NCBI GenBank assembly: GCA_046760425.1
Contig: JBHIEC010000003.1
Span: 1 to 38,440, forward strand
From: Anaerolineae bacterium
GTDB lineage: Bacteria > Chloroflexota > Anaerolineae > JBHIEC01
Length of the DNA: 38,440 bases
Direction: 5' to 3'
Positions 8,420 through 17,932 of the stretch are shown here, piece by piece. Each line of letters starts with the position of its first letter. The first letter of the stretch is position 1. A model generated the notes under the pieces. The model was not told the DNA's origin. It did no database searches and saw only the letters and a program-made list of their open reading frames with translations. The translations under genes and the position numbers were made by a program.

Positions 8420-8514
8420 GACTTCATTCGACTGGGAAATGGTCCCCCCTCATGACTGTCTCCAGTCTGGAGAAGAGCCAGCGAGGGGGTTTTATTAAAC
8501 TATCCACCATGGAT

Positions 8515-8543
8515 TTGCTCTAATCGTCGAAAGTGGATATAAT
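8515..8543 (+). promoter_or_regulatory. sigma70 promoter of the rseP operon
   Basis: TTGCTC-17 bp-TATAAT. Confidence 0.55.
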
Positions 8544-8600
8544 TCTCCTACCATCGCCCCTTCCTTGACCACCCGGCTGAGGGGGCAGAAAGGATTGACC

Positions 8601-9668
8601 ATGGTCACCACCATTGTGTCTTTCGTGTTCGTCCTCGGCATCTTGATCTTCGTCCATGAGCTGGGCCACTTCCTGGTGGCCAAGAGGGTGCGCATCAAGG
8701 TCGAGGAGTTCGGCTTCGGCTACCCGCCGCGCCTGTTCACCATCGCCAAGATCGGTGAGACGGAGTACACCCTCAACGCCCTCCTGCCCCTGGGTGGGTT
8801 CGTGCGGGTGGTAGACGACGGGGATCCCAACCAACCTGGCAGTTTCGCCAGCAAGGGCAAGCTGGCCCGGGCCAGCTTCCTGGCGGCGGGCCCGACTATG
8901 AACATGCTCCTGGCGGTGGCCCTCTTCGGCGCCATGTTCATGGCTGGCGTTCCCCGCCCCGCAGAGGGGGTGGGGGCAGGCATCTACTGGGTGGAGCCGG
9001 GTTCGCCCGCCGCTCAGGCCGGCCTGCAGGTGGGCGACACCGTCTTGCAGGTTGATGACTTCCCTATCCAAGATCCCAATGACCTCAAAGAATACATCAG
9101 CGACAAGGTGGGGCAGGAGATCAGCCTCACGGTGAGGAGAAGGGGGAAGACCCTCCCCACACCCCTGAAGCTGACCCCCCGTGTCAACCCTCCGGAGGGC
9201 CAGGGGGCTATGGGGGTGCAGTTTGGACCACCTCTGGAGACGATCTCTTATCCCTGGTGGCAGGCGATTGCCATGGGCTTCCGACACACGCTGACGCTGC
9301 TGGCCACCATGCTCGTGGGCCTGGTGCAGATCCTGCGGGGCATGATGGTGCCTGAGGTGGCCGGCCCCATTGGCATCGCCCAGATCACGGGTGAAATCGC
9401 CAAATCCGGTCTGGTGAACCTCATGGAGTTCATTGCCGTCCTGAGCGTCAACCTGGCCATCATCAACCTTCTACCCTTTCCCGCCCTGGACGGAGGGCGT
9501 CTGGTGTTCGTCATCCTGGAGGCCCTGCGAGGTGGGAGGAAGATTGATCCCCAGAAGGAGAAGCTGGTTCACATCATCGGCATGGCCATCATATTGAGCC
9601 TGATGCTGCTGATCTCCTACTTCGATCTCCTGCGGCTCTTCAGTGGCCAATCCCTGTTACCCCGCTGA
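8601..9668 (+). CDS. rseP: RIP metalloprotease RseP (M50, with PDZ domain)
   Basis: HELGH, NLLPFPALDGG and PDZ segment SPAAQAGLQVGD. Confidence 0.93.
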   Translation: MVTTIVSFVFVLGILIFVHELGHFLVAKRVRIKVEEFGFGYPPRLFTIAKIGETEYTLNALLPLGGFVRVVDDGDPNQPGSFASKGKLARASFLAAGPTMNMLLAVALFGAMFMAGVPRPAEGVGAGIYWVEPGSPAAQAGLQVGDTVLQVDDFPIQDPNDLKEYISDKVGQEISLTVRRRGKTLPTPLKLTPRVNPPEGQGAMGVQFGPPLETISYPWWQAIAMGFRHTLTLLATMLVGLVQILRGMMVPEVAGPIGIAQITGEIAKSGLVNLMEFIAVLSVNLAIINLLPFPALDGGRLVFVILEALRGGRKIDPQKEKLVHIIGMAIILSLMLLISYFDLLRLFSGQSLLPR

Positions 9669-9682
9669 CAAGGAGGAGTGTG

Positions 9683-9955
9683 ATGGATTGGCGGGTCTTC
9701 TTGACGACCTTCAGCCTCATCTTCCTGGCCGAGTTCTGCGACAAAACCCAGTTGGCGGCCGTGGCCATGGCCGCCCGCTCGGGGTCGCCCCTGGCTGTCT
9801 TTCTGGGGGCCGCTCTGGCCCTGGCGCTGGTAACGTTCCTGGCCGTCGTGTTCAGCCAGGCCCTGCTCAGAATCATGCCAGCCGTCTACGTCCATAAAGC
9901 CGCTGGCCTGGCTTTCGTAGCCGTTGGCCTCTTCATCCTGTGGGGGAAGCTCTAG
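9683..9955 (+). CDS. TMEM165/GDT1 (UPF0016) single-repeat membrane protein
   Basis: FLAEFCDKTQLA (variant of E-x-G-D-K-T); 3 TM; AGGAGG RBS. Confidence 0.85.
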   Translation: MDWRVFLTTFSLIFLAEFCDKTQLAAVAMAARSGSPLAVFLGAALALALVTFLAVVFSQALLRIMPAVYVHKAAGLAFVAVGLFILWGKL

Positions 9956-9957
9956 CC

Positions 9958-11319
9958 ATGCGCGATCTGCTCACCGAGGCCCTGAAGGGCCACGGCGCCG
10001 ACTACGTCGAGATCCGGGTCGAGGAGAGCCGGGCCACGCGGATCCAGTACCGGGGCCGGGAACTGGAGGACATCGGCCACACCACGGAGCTGGGGGGCAA
10101 CGTGCGGGCCCTGGTCAAGGGCGGCTGGGGCTTCGTGTCCTTCAATGATCTGAGGGACATCAAGGAGCGGGTGGCCCTGGCCGTCCGCCAGGCCAGGCTG
10201 GCCGGAGAGGACAGAAGCCGCTTGGCTGAAGTGGAGCCTGTGGTGGACGTCGTCCCCGCTGAGCTGGTCAGGGACCCGCAAGAGGTGCCCCTGGGCGAGA
10301 AGAAGCGGCTCCTGGATGAATACAACGAGGTTATCTGGGGCTGCTCCTCCAAGATCCAGACCTCCATCATCCGTTACGGCGATACCCACAAGCGTCTCTA
10401 CTTCGCCAACTCCGAGGGTAGCTACATCGAGCAGGAGAGGGTGGACCTGGTGGCCTTCTTTCTGGTCGTGGCCCGGGAGGATGGGAACATCCAGCGGGCT
10501 CACCTGAGCCTGGGCAGTGTCAAGGACTACAGCGTGGTGGAGGGGCTCCATGAGAAGATCGCGGACACGGCGCAGCGGGCGGTGCGGCTCCTCTCGGCGA
10601 AGCCGGTTAAGGGGGGCATCTACACCGTCGTCGTGGATCCGGAGCTGGCCGGCGTCTTCGCCCACGAAGCTTTCGGCCACCTCTCCGAGTCGGACTTCGT
10701 CTACGAGAACGAGCGGTTGCGGGAATTGATGGTGCTGGGCAGGCGTTTCGGCGGCGAACACCTCAACATCGTGGATGGGGCGGCGGTGCCCGGCTTGCGG
10801 GGCTCCTACAGGTACGACGACGAGGGGGTGCCGGCGTCCAAGAGCTACCTGATCAAGGAGGGTGTGCTGGTGGGGCGGCTGCACTCCCGTGAGACGGCGG
10901 GCAAGATGGGGGAGCGGCCTACGGGCAACGCCCGGGCTATCAGCTATCGCTTCCCACCCATCGTGCGCATGACCAACACCTACATTGAGCCGGGCGACGT
11001 GTCCTTCCAGGACATGATCGGCGACATCGAGGAGGGTATCTACGTCAAAGGCTCCTATGGCGGCCAGACCAGCATGGAGATGTTCACCTTCGCCGCCGGC
11101 GAGGCCTACATGATCCGCCACGGCCAGATCGCCGAGCCGGTGCGGGGGGTGAACCTCAGCGGCAACGTCTTCGAGACCCTGGCCAACATCGAGGCCATCG
11201 GCCGCGACCTGAGCTGGAACGAGGGGGGCAGCTGCGGCAAGGGCGAGCAATCTCCCCTGCCCGTCGCCGACGGCAGCCCGCATATCAGGATCCGGAACGT
11301 GGTCATAGGTGGGGAGTAA
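9958..11319 (+). CDS. tldD: TldD metalloprotease
   Basis: HEAFGH, YDDEG, PIVRMTNT and GSCGKG.Q.PLPV motifs. Confidence 0.92.
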   Translation: MRDLLTEALKGHGADYVEIRVEESRATRIQYRGRELEDIGHTTELGGNVRALVKGGWGFVSFNDLRDIKERVALAVRQARLAGEDRSRLAEVEPVVDVVPAELVRDPQEVPLGEKKRLLDEYNEVIWGCSSKIQTSIIRYGDTHKRLYFANSEGSYIEQERVDLVAFFLVVAREDGNIQRAHLSLGSVKDYSVVEGLHEKIADTAQRAVRLLSAKPVKGGIYTVVVDPELAGVFAHEAFGHLSESDFVYENERLRELMVLGRRFGGEHLNIVDGAAVPGLRGSYRYDDEGVPASKSYLIKEGVLVGRLHSRETAGKMGERPTGNARAISYRFPPIVRMTNTYIEPGDVSFQDMIGDIEEGIYVKGSYGGQTSMEMFTFAAGEAYMIRHGQIAEPVRGVNLSGNVFETLANIEAIGRDLSWNEGGSCGKGEQSPLPVADGSPHIRIRNVVIGGE

Positions 11320-12627
11320 ATGGAAGAAGAAGTCCTCGAGTTAGCCAGCAAAGTGGCCGATCAGGCCGAGGTCTACGCCATCACCAGCGAGGCGACACCC
11401 GTCTCCTTCGAGGCTAACCGGCTTAAACGGCTGGAGACCAAGGAGACGCGTGGCCTGGCCCTGCGGCTGATCAAGGACGGCCGCCTGGGCTTCGCCAGCA
11501 CCACCCGCCTGGACCATCCCCGGTCCCTGGTGGATAGCGCCCTGGAGGTGGCCCCCTTCGGCGCGGAGGCCCGATTCGAGTTTCCAGCCGAGGGTACTGC
11601 CAGCCAGGTCCACATCTACGACCCCGCCGTGGCCGACCTGACCGTGGAGCGCATGGTCGAGATGGGCCAGGGGATGATCGACCGCGTGCGGGCCTGCAAT
11701 CCCGCCATCCTGTGCGACGTGGACCTGCGCAAGAGCGTGAGCACGGTCACTCTCCTCAACTCCCGGGGCAGCCACGTCACCTACCGCAAGACGACCCTCT
11801 CCGTCGGCCTCCACGCCAACCTGATCCGGGGCACGGACATGCTGGACGTCTACGAGAGTGTTGCCTCCTGCCACCACGATGTGGACTACGCAGGGCTGGT
11901 GGAGGCCATCCTGGAGAAGATCCGTCTGGCTGAGAAGACGGTGCCCATAGCCACCCGGCCCATGCCCGTCATCTTCACCCCCAAGGGCGTGGCCTACACC
12001 CTCGTCCTGCCCCTGCAGATGGCCTTCAGTGGCAAGACAGTCCTGGAGGGCGCCTCGCCTCTGGGCGACAAGCTGGGCCAGCGGGCTTTCGATAAGCGTC
12101 TGTCCCTCTACGACGACGGGCGGGTTGACGGCGCGCCGGCCAGCGCCCCCTACGACGACGAAGGTGTCCCTACCCGGCGCAGCCCCCTGATCGAGAGCGG
12201 CGTGGTGCGCAGCTTCTACTACGATCTGCAGACGGCCGGCCTGGCGGGGGCACAGAGCACGGGCAACGCTGCCCGCTCCCTGAACAGCCAGCCTAACCCC
12301 TCCACGACCAGTCTGATCTTCGCTGAGGGGGAGGTCAGCTATCAGGACATGCTGGCGGACATCCAAGAGGGGCTGGTCGTGGATCAGACCATGGGCGCCT
12401 GGGCGGGCAACATCCTGGCCGGCGAGTTCTCGGGCAATGTCCACCTGGGCTACAAGGTGGAGAAGGGCCGTATCGTGGGACGGGTCAAGGACACCATGGT
12501 GACGGGCAACGTCTTCCAGGCCCTGGCCGATCTGGCCGCCGTGGGCGACGAGGCCGTCTGGGTGGGTGGCAAGCTCAAGGTGCCCTATCTTTACTTCAGA
12601 TCGTTAAGTGTGGCGAGCAAAGGGTAA
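11320..12627 (+). CDS. pmbA: TldE/PmbA protein
   Basis: PYDDEGVP and STGNA motifs, no HExxH; adjacent to tldD. Confidence 0.88.
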   Translation: MEEEVLELASKVADQAEVYAITSEATPVSFEANRLKRLETKETRGLALRLIKDGRLGFASTTRLDHPRSLVDSALEVAPFGAEARFEFPAEGTASQVHIYDPAVADLTVERMVEMGQGMIDRVRACNPAILCDVDLRKSVSTVTLLNSRGSHVTYRKTTLSVGLHANLIRGTDMLDVYESVASCHHDVDYAGLVEAILEKIRLAEKTVPIATRPMPVIFTPKGVAYTLVLPLQMAFSGKTVLEGASPLGDKLGQRAFDKRLSLYDDGRVDGAPASAPYDDEGVPTRRSPLIESGVVRSFYYDLQTAGLAGAQSTGNAARSLNSQPNPSTTSLIFAEGEVSYQDMLADIQEGLVVDQTMGAWAGNILAGEFSGNVHLGYKVEKGRIVGRVKDTMVTGNVFQALADLAAVGDEAVWVGGKLKVPYLYFRSLSVASKG

Positions 12628-12630
12628 GCG

Positions 12631-13656
12631 ATGAGTCGAATGATGGAGCTATTTCCGAGCTTTGAAAAGACTCTGAGGTGCATCAGCGACAGCCAGAAAC
12701 CTCTGTCCATCTCTCAACTCTATAGTCTCTCAGGGGCGACGCGGGCGGAGATGACCATCTTCGCTCAGCAGTGGCCTCGCATCGGGGTCGAGCGGCGGCG
12801 GCGCATCATCCGCTCCCTGGTCGAGTTGGCCGAGGCCAGCTTCGAGGTGGACTTCGACCCCATCTTCCGCCATTGCCTGGGGGACGAGGACGACCAGGTA
12901 CGGGCCCAGGCCATTGATGGCCTGTGGGAGAACGAGGACACGGCCCTCATCGAGCCGCTGGTGAGGCTGCTCAAGGGGGATCCCTCGGTTGTGGTGCGGG
13001 CCAGCGCAGCTATGGCCCTGGGCAAGTACATCCTCCTGGCTGAACTGGAGGAGCTGGACGAGGCGCATGGCGCCCGGGTCCGAGCGGCCCTGCTGGAGAC
13101 CATCCGTCATCCGGGCGAGGAGGTGGAAGTGCGCCGCCGGGCGGTGGAGTCCATCGCCTACGCCGGCGACGAGGAGGTGCAGGGCATCATTGAGGGGGCC
13201 TACTACGACGACGAGGAGAAGATGCGGGTCAGCGCCATCTTTGCCATGGGCCGCAGCGCCGACCCCCGCTGGCGGGAGACGGTCCTCATGGAGCTGGACA
13301 ACCCCAACCCCGAGATGCGCTTCGAGGCGGCCAGGGCCTGCGGCGAGCTGGAGCACCGAGGAGCGGTCCCGACCCTGATCGAGCTCATCGAGGACCCGGA
13401 CCGCGAGGTGCAGGGGGCAGCCATCTGGGCCTTGGGTCAGATCGGCGGGGCCGAGGCCCGCAGGGTCCTGCAGGCTTGCTGCCTCAGCGAGGACGAAGTG
13501 GTGCGCGATGCGGCGGAGGAGGCCCTGGACGAGCTGGAGTTCGGTCAGGGGATTCTGAGCCTGCCCCTCTACGAACTGGACCTGGATGAGGAGGAAGACG
13601 AAATCTTCAGCTACGTGGACGAGGGGTACGGGGAGGACGAGGATTTCCTAGAGTGA
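12631..13656 (+). CDS. HEAT/PBS-lyase repeat protein with acidic C-terminal tail
   Basis: Repeated D..VR..A..ALG units; tail LDEEEDE...EDEDFLE. Confidence 0.85.
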   Translation: MSRMMELFPSFEKTLRCISDSQKPLSISQLYSLSGATRAEMTIFAQQWPRIGVERRRRIIRSLVELAEASFEVDFDPIFRHCLGDEDDQVRAQAIDGLWENEDTALIEPLVRLLKGDPSVVVRASAAMALGKYILLAELEELDEAHGARVRAALLETIRHPGEEVEVRRRAVESIAYAGDEEVQGIIEGAYYDDEEKMRVSAIFAMGRSADPRWRETVLMELDNPNPEMRFEAARACGELEHRGAVPTLIELIEDPDREVQGAAIWALGQIGGAEARRVLQACCLSEDEVVRDAAEEALDELEFGQGILSLPLYELDLDEEEDEIFSYVDEGYGEDEDFLE

Positions 13657-14558
13657 CGCTCCTGAGGATACTCCTGAACATCATCTTCCCTGTGTTCGTC
13701 ATCATCGGTCTGGGGTACCTCCTGGGGCGGACCATGACCCTGGACGTGAAGTCCGTGTCTCGCACAGTGCTCTACATCTTCTCCCCTGCTCTGGTCTTCT
13801 CTTCCCTGGCCAAATCCTCCCTCACCAGCAGCGACTTCTCCCACATCGTTTCCTTTGCCCTCCTGACCATTGTGGTGCTGGGCTTCTTCTCCTGGGGCAT
13901 CACCCGGCTGCTGCGCTTCGATCAGGTCATGGAGAACGCCTTCCTCCTCAGCACCCTGTTCATCAATGCTGGCAACTACGGCCTGCCGGTGAACCTCTTC
14001 GCCTTCGGCCAGCCCGGGCTGGAGCGAGCGATCATCTACTTCGTGACCAGCGCCCTGCTGACCAATACCCTGGCCGTCTACTTCGCCTCCCGGGGGCGGT
14101 CAGGGGTGCAGGAGTCCCTGCTTAACATCTTCAAGGTGCCCATGGTCTACGCCCTGACCGTCGCCCTCCTCGTCAGAGCCACGGGCTTCACTGTGCCGGA
14201 TCCCATCTTCAAACCTATCGAAATCGCGGGCCAGGCTGCCGTCCCCGTCCTGTTGGTGACTCTAGGGATGGAGCTGGCCCACGTGTCTCTGGATCAGAAC
14301 ATGGCCATCGTGGGCCTGGCCACAGGTGTGCGGCTGGTCCTGGCCGCGGGGGTGGCCCTGGGCATAGCAGCCCTCATGGGCCTGCAGGGGGTGACACGCC
14401 AGGTGTGCCTGGTCCAGGCCAGCATGCCTACCGCCGTGCTGACCACTGTGCTGGCCATCGAGTTCGGCGCCGAGCCCCGCTTCGTCACCAGCGTCGTCTT
14501 CCTCTCCACCCTGGCCAGCATCGTCACCCTGACCCTGCTGCTGAGCCTGATCATGTGA
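13653..14558 (+). CDS. AEC (auxin efflux carrier) family transporter
   Basis: NAGNYGLPV and QASMPTAV motifs; about 10 TM. Confidence 0.88.
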   Translation: MTLLRILLNIIFPVFVIIGLGYLLGRTMTLDVKSVSRTVLYIFSPALVFSSLAKSSLTSSDFSHIVSFALLTIVVLGFFSWGITRLLRFDQVMENAFLLSTLFINAGNYGLPVNLFAFGQPGLERAIIYFVTSALLTNTLAVYFASRGRSGVQESLLNIFKVPMVYALTVALLVRATGFTVPDPIFKPIEIAGQAAVPVLLVTLGMELAHVSLDQNMAIVGLATGVRLVLAAGVALGIAALMGLQGVTRQVCLVQASMPTAVLTTVLAIEFGAEPRFVTSVVFLSTLASIVTLTLLLSLIM

Positions 14559-14621
14559 GGAGGAAATCCTGGAAGGAGGAGCTTGAGGAGTAGGGACCCC
14601 GGGGGAGGATAGCTGTCTGGC

Positions 14622-15659
14622 TCAGGTGCCGCAGGCCGCACGGAGGGCCGGCCCGTGGGTTTCGATCCAGCGGCTTAGGAGCCGGGCCTCGGCCAGGAGG
14701 GCAGGTGCGCGGTCCCAGGTGCATTCCTCTTCCTCAAGCAACCGTTGCAGGGACACGCTGAGCCAGATGCTCTCCATCAGGTCTGGTAGAGCGGCGCGCT
14801 CAGCGAGTGACAGTGGAAGCACCTGGCAGTAGTGGTGCACGAAACGGCCGGCGCGATCGAGGTCCACAAAGCCACGGTAGACGCCCAAGCGCAGGCGGGG
14901 ATGGCGGGTCGTGGCGAAGTAGATCAGGGCCTCGGCCACCTCCACGGCCCGGGCCTGATAGGAGACCTTGTCGTAGTCGAAGACGCCCACGATCTCATGG
15001 CCCTCGAAAACGAGGTTGTCGGCGTAGAAATCGCCGTGGATGAGGCAGTGGGAAAAGGCCGCGTAGGTGGATTCGGGGAGGGACGCAGCCAGACGAGTTG
15101 CCTGCACCTGGAGCTCATCGAGAAGGGAGGCGCACTGGGCGTCTTGCCCCCAGCGCGCTCTGAGCCGCGCCAGGCGGGCCACGATGCCGTGCGGGGCGTA
15201 GAGGCGCGGGCTCGCGAGCTCCACGGGCGGCTGGAAAGTGCCCGCCAGGTGGTGATAGCGAGCCAGGGTAGCGGCCACAGCGGCCAGGTGGGCGGGGTTG
15301 GTTGCCTGGTAGGGAGCGCCATCAATGTACTCGTATACCTCATAGACTTCATCCCCGAGCCGCAGCCAGGTGCCCCCATCCCTGGTGGGTACCAGGGCCG
15401 GCGCGGGGAAGCCGTGGCGACGCAGGTGGCCCATGAGGGCGTGCTGGAGGGCCACGGCCTGGGGCTGGCGTAGGGCGGGATGACGGCGCTTGAAAAAGAA
15501 ACGCCCCTGGCTGGTCTCCAGGACACGGCACCAGTTGACGAAGCCACCCGAGGGCACGTCGTACCGCTGCAACTGACCCAAGTCGTAGTGGGCCAGCACG
15601 TGGACCAACTCAGCAGTGGATAGCCCCTCGCAGGGCGACAGGCGGGCCAATGGATCCAT
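14622..15659 (-). CDS. APH / type II homoserine kinase-like phosphotransferase
   Basis: IHGDFYADNLVF (Brenner motif) and VFDYD. Confidence 0.85.
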   Translation of the reverse strand: MDPLARLSPCEGLSTAELVHVLAHYDLGQLQRYDVPSGGFVNWCRVLETSQGRFFFKRRHPALRQPQAVALQHALMGHLRRHGFPAPALVPTRDGGTWLRLGDEVYEVYEYIDGAPYQATNPAHLAAVAATLARYHHLAGTFQPPVELASPRLYAPHGIVARLARLRARWGQDAQCASLLDELQVQATRLAASLPESTYAAFSHCLIHGDFYADNLVFEGHEIVGVFDYDKVSYQARAVEVAEALIYFATTRHPRLRLGVYRGFVDLDRAGRFVHHYCQVLPLSLAERAALPDLMESIWLSVSLQRLLEEEECTWDRAPALLAEARLLSRWIETHGPALRAACGT

Positions 15660-15689
15660 CAGAAACAGTACTTACGCGGTTTCCAAGCT

Positions 15690-15754
15690 AAGCCTTGCGA
15701 AGGTTTCTTCCCTAACCAGGCACCTGGGACTGGCGGCCAACCTTCGCAAGGCTT
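15690..15754. repeat. REP-like inverted doublet AAGCCTTGCGAAGGTT...AACCTTCGCAAGGCTT
   Basis: 16-bp perfect IR; same arms as 17729-17763. Confidence 0.8.
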
Positions 15755-15757
15755 TTC

Positions 15758-16588
15758 TCATAGCCTCTCCAGAAGGAGTGTGAAGGCTGCCTCGATGTTG
15801 CCCCGGCTATCGGGGCCCAGGGAGGCCTCGATCCCCTCGACCAGTTGGAGCAGCCTCCCTCGATCCTCCTCAGGCAGCAGGGCCAGCATCTCCTGGATGT
15901 TCTCCTGGAGCGATGGGGCGAAGGCGGGCAATTCCAGCAGAGGGCGGGCGAAGAGGAGGGGTTTGAGCTGGGCGGCAAAGTAGAGGAGCCTGGCTCGTGG
16001 GTCTCGTCGAGCCAGCAGCCAGGCCAGGCGATCCTCCTCGCCGACGGCCAACTGGTGCCGGGCCAGATCCGCCTGGCACTCCTGGAAGCCGTGATCCACC
16101 AGCAGCCTGGCCACCTCGTAGTCCTTGACGGCGATGGCTACGTAGTACAGTAACTGCTGCAGCAAAGCGGCGTCGAGTCCCCTCTCCCGACCCCGGGCCA
16201 GGACCTGGCGCGAGAGCCTGAAGATGTAGTGGGCTACAGAGCCATGCAGGATGGTGTGGGCCACCTCGTGGCGGATGGCCCCCTGGCTCACCAGGGGCGG
16301 CACGGCAGCCAGCCGCTCCAGGCAGACGGTGATGCGGGGCACCCCGCGCCAGGCATCGTGGGAGGCCAGGAAGCCCTCGCTGTCCGAGGCGCCCACCCCC
16401 ATCTCAGCCCTCTCCCGGGCCAGGAAGGCCCGCAACCTGTCCGCCGTATCGAAGAGGCAGACCTGCACGGTGGGCGAAGGCGGGGCCGGGAGTGCCTCGT
16501 AGCAGCCCTCGATGAGAGCCTTCAGCGCCTGACACACGTCAGAGGGCACGTTGCCGTAGGTCGTGAGTTGGAGATGTGGCCTAGCCAT
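15758..16588 (-). CDS. Hypothetical zincin-like protein with HExxH
   Basis: IRHEVAHTILH followed by a downstream DYE; high-GC3 coding pattern. Confidence 0.7.
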   Translation of the reverse strand: MARPHLQLTTYGNVPSDVCQALKALIEGCYEALPAPPSPTVQVCLFDTADRLRAFLARERAEMGVGASDSEGFLASHDAWRGVPRITVCLERLAAVPPLVSQGAIRHEVAHTILHGSVAHYIFRLSRQVLARGRERGLDAALLQQLLYYVAIAVKDYEVARLLVDHGFQECQADLARHQLAVGEEDRLAWLLARRDPRARLLYFAAQLKPLLFARPLLELPAFAPSLQENIQEMLALLPEEDRGRLLQLVEGIEASLGPDSRGNIEAAFTLLLERL

Positions 16589-16605
16589 CGAGTATACCCT
16601 GAGAT

Positions 16606-17715
16606 TCAGGCCCTCAGAACCGTCTCCCGCAGGCGGTGCACCTGGGCCTCTGCGTAGCGGCGGGCCTCCCCCCGCACGCCAGGCGGGATATCCGGCCCCT
16701 GGCTATCCCGCAGGTGGCCGGGCCCATACTTCTCCACGTAGCCCGGAGGCAGTTCGTCGGGGAAATCCTGCTCCGACATCACCCCGTAGGCCAAGGCCCA
16801 GGCCCGGGGCACCACGGTCACATCGTAGCCACCTCCGCCCAGAGCCACCCAGCGAGGCGCCAGCCCTTTGATCCGCTCCACCACGGCCACGTAGCCCGCT
16901 GTGGTCAGGCACAGATGGGTCAGGGGGTCCCGATAGTGGGTATCAACCCCCAGTTGGCTGACCACGATGTGGGGCTGGAAGCGCTCCACCAGCGGGGGCA
17001 CGACCTGCTCGAAGGCCCAGAGATAGACCTCGTCGTCGGTGTAGGGCGCCAGGGGCAGGTTAACCGTGAAGCCCTGGCCCTCGCCCTCCCCCGTCTCGTT
17101 GGTGAAGCCCGTGCCGGGGAAGAGATACCGCCCCGACTCGTGGAGGGAGATGGTGAGGACCCGATCGGTGGTGTAGAAGGCGTCCTGGACGCCGTCGGCG
17201 TGGTGGGCATCAATGTCAATGTAGGCCACGCGCAAGCCCTGGCGCAGAAGGTGGTGGATGACCACGGCCGCGTCGTTGAAGACGCAGAAGCCGCAGGCGT
17301 AGGCGGGCCCGGCGTGGTGCAGGCCCCCACTGAAGCTGAAGGCCACGTCGGCCTCGCCCCGGACCACCAGGTCCGCGGCCACCAGGCCAGCCCCCACCTT
17401 GAGGGCTTCCACCTCATACATGCCGGCGAAGACGGGATTGTCCCCCGGCCCGAAGCGGTAGCGGGCGGGGTTGACTTTGCCCTCCCCTCGGCTCAGGCTG
17501 ACCACGGCGGCCACGTACTCCGGGGTGTGGAAGAGGGTGAGTTCGGCCTCGGTGGCGGGCCTGGGGGGCACCAGGCGGGAGCCCTCTGCCCTGAAAGCAT
17601 CATAGGCGGCCAGCAACTCGTAGGTGCGCCTGAGCCGCTCGGGTTTCAGGGGATGAGTGGGGCCGTGCCCCACCTGCCACAGGTCAGCAGAACAGATGAA
17701 GGCCGCTCTGACCAT
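16606..17715 (-). CDS. acuC: AcuC / histone deacetylase family protein
   Basis: HPLKPER, GGLHHA, GFCVFND, DIDAHHADG, FPGTG and LGGGGY motifs. Confidence 0.92.
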   Translation of the reverse strand: MVRAAFICSADLWQVGHGPTHPLKPERLRRTYELLAAYDAFRAEGSRLVPPRPATEAELTLFHTPEYVAAVVSLSRGEGKVNPARYRFGPGDNPVFAGMYEVEALKVGAGLVAADLVVRGEADVAFSFSGGLHHAGPAYACGFCVFNDAAVVIHHLLRQGLRVAYIDIDAHHADGVQDAFYTTDRVLTISLHESGRYLFPGTGFTNETGEGEGQGFTVNLPLAPYTDDEVYLWAFEQVVPPLVERFQPHIVVSQLGVDTHYRDPLTHLCLTTAGYVAVVERIKGLAPRWVALGGGGYDVTVVPRAWALAYGVMSEQDFPDELPPGYVEKYGPGHLRDSQGPDIPPGVRGEARRYAEAQVHRLRETVLRA

Positions 17716-17728
17716 CGGTCTCTCCAGA

Positions 17729-17763
17729 AAGCCTTGCGAAGGTTTGAGAACCTTCGCAAGGCT
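17729..17763. repeat. REP-like inverted doublet AGCCTTGCGAAGGTT-TGAG-AACCTTCGCAAGGCT
   Basis: 15-bp perfect IR; same family as 15690-15754. Confidence 0.8.
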
Positions 17764-17792
17764 AAGAAGATGGTGTCGTCGGTGTAGGCAAG

Positions 17793-17884
17793 ATTATACC
17801 ACCTGTAGGGGAAACAGGCAACCGGCGGTGTGCCCCGAAAGCCCTTATAGGTCGCTTGACAGCCGGGCCCAGCAGGGCTATAAT
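17793..17884. promoter_or_regulatory. Divergent sigma70 promoters for acuC (-) and the yqeY operon (+)
   Basis: Minus: TTGCCT (17816-21)-17-TATAAT (17793-98). Plus: TTGACA (17856-61)-17-TATAAT (17879-84). Confidence 0.7.
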
Positions 17885-17932
17885 TGCCCTGCCTGCCTCG
17901 AATGCGGGACGAAAGGGGGAAGCCTGGTGACG

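Noticed and set aside
8501-8540. TATCCAC/GTGGATA inverted pair as DnaA boxes or an origin
   Set aside because: Only two imperfect matches, and no DnaA-box cluster or AT-rich unwinding region.
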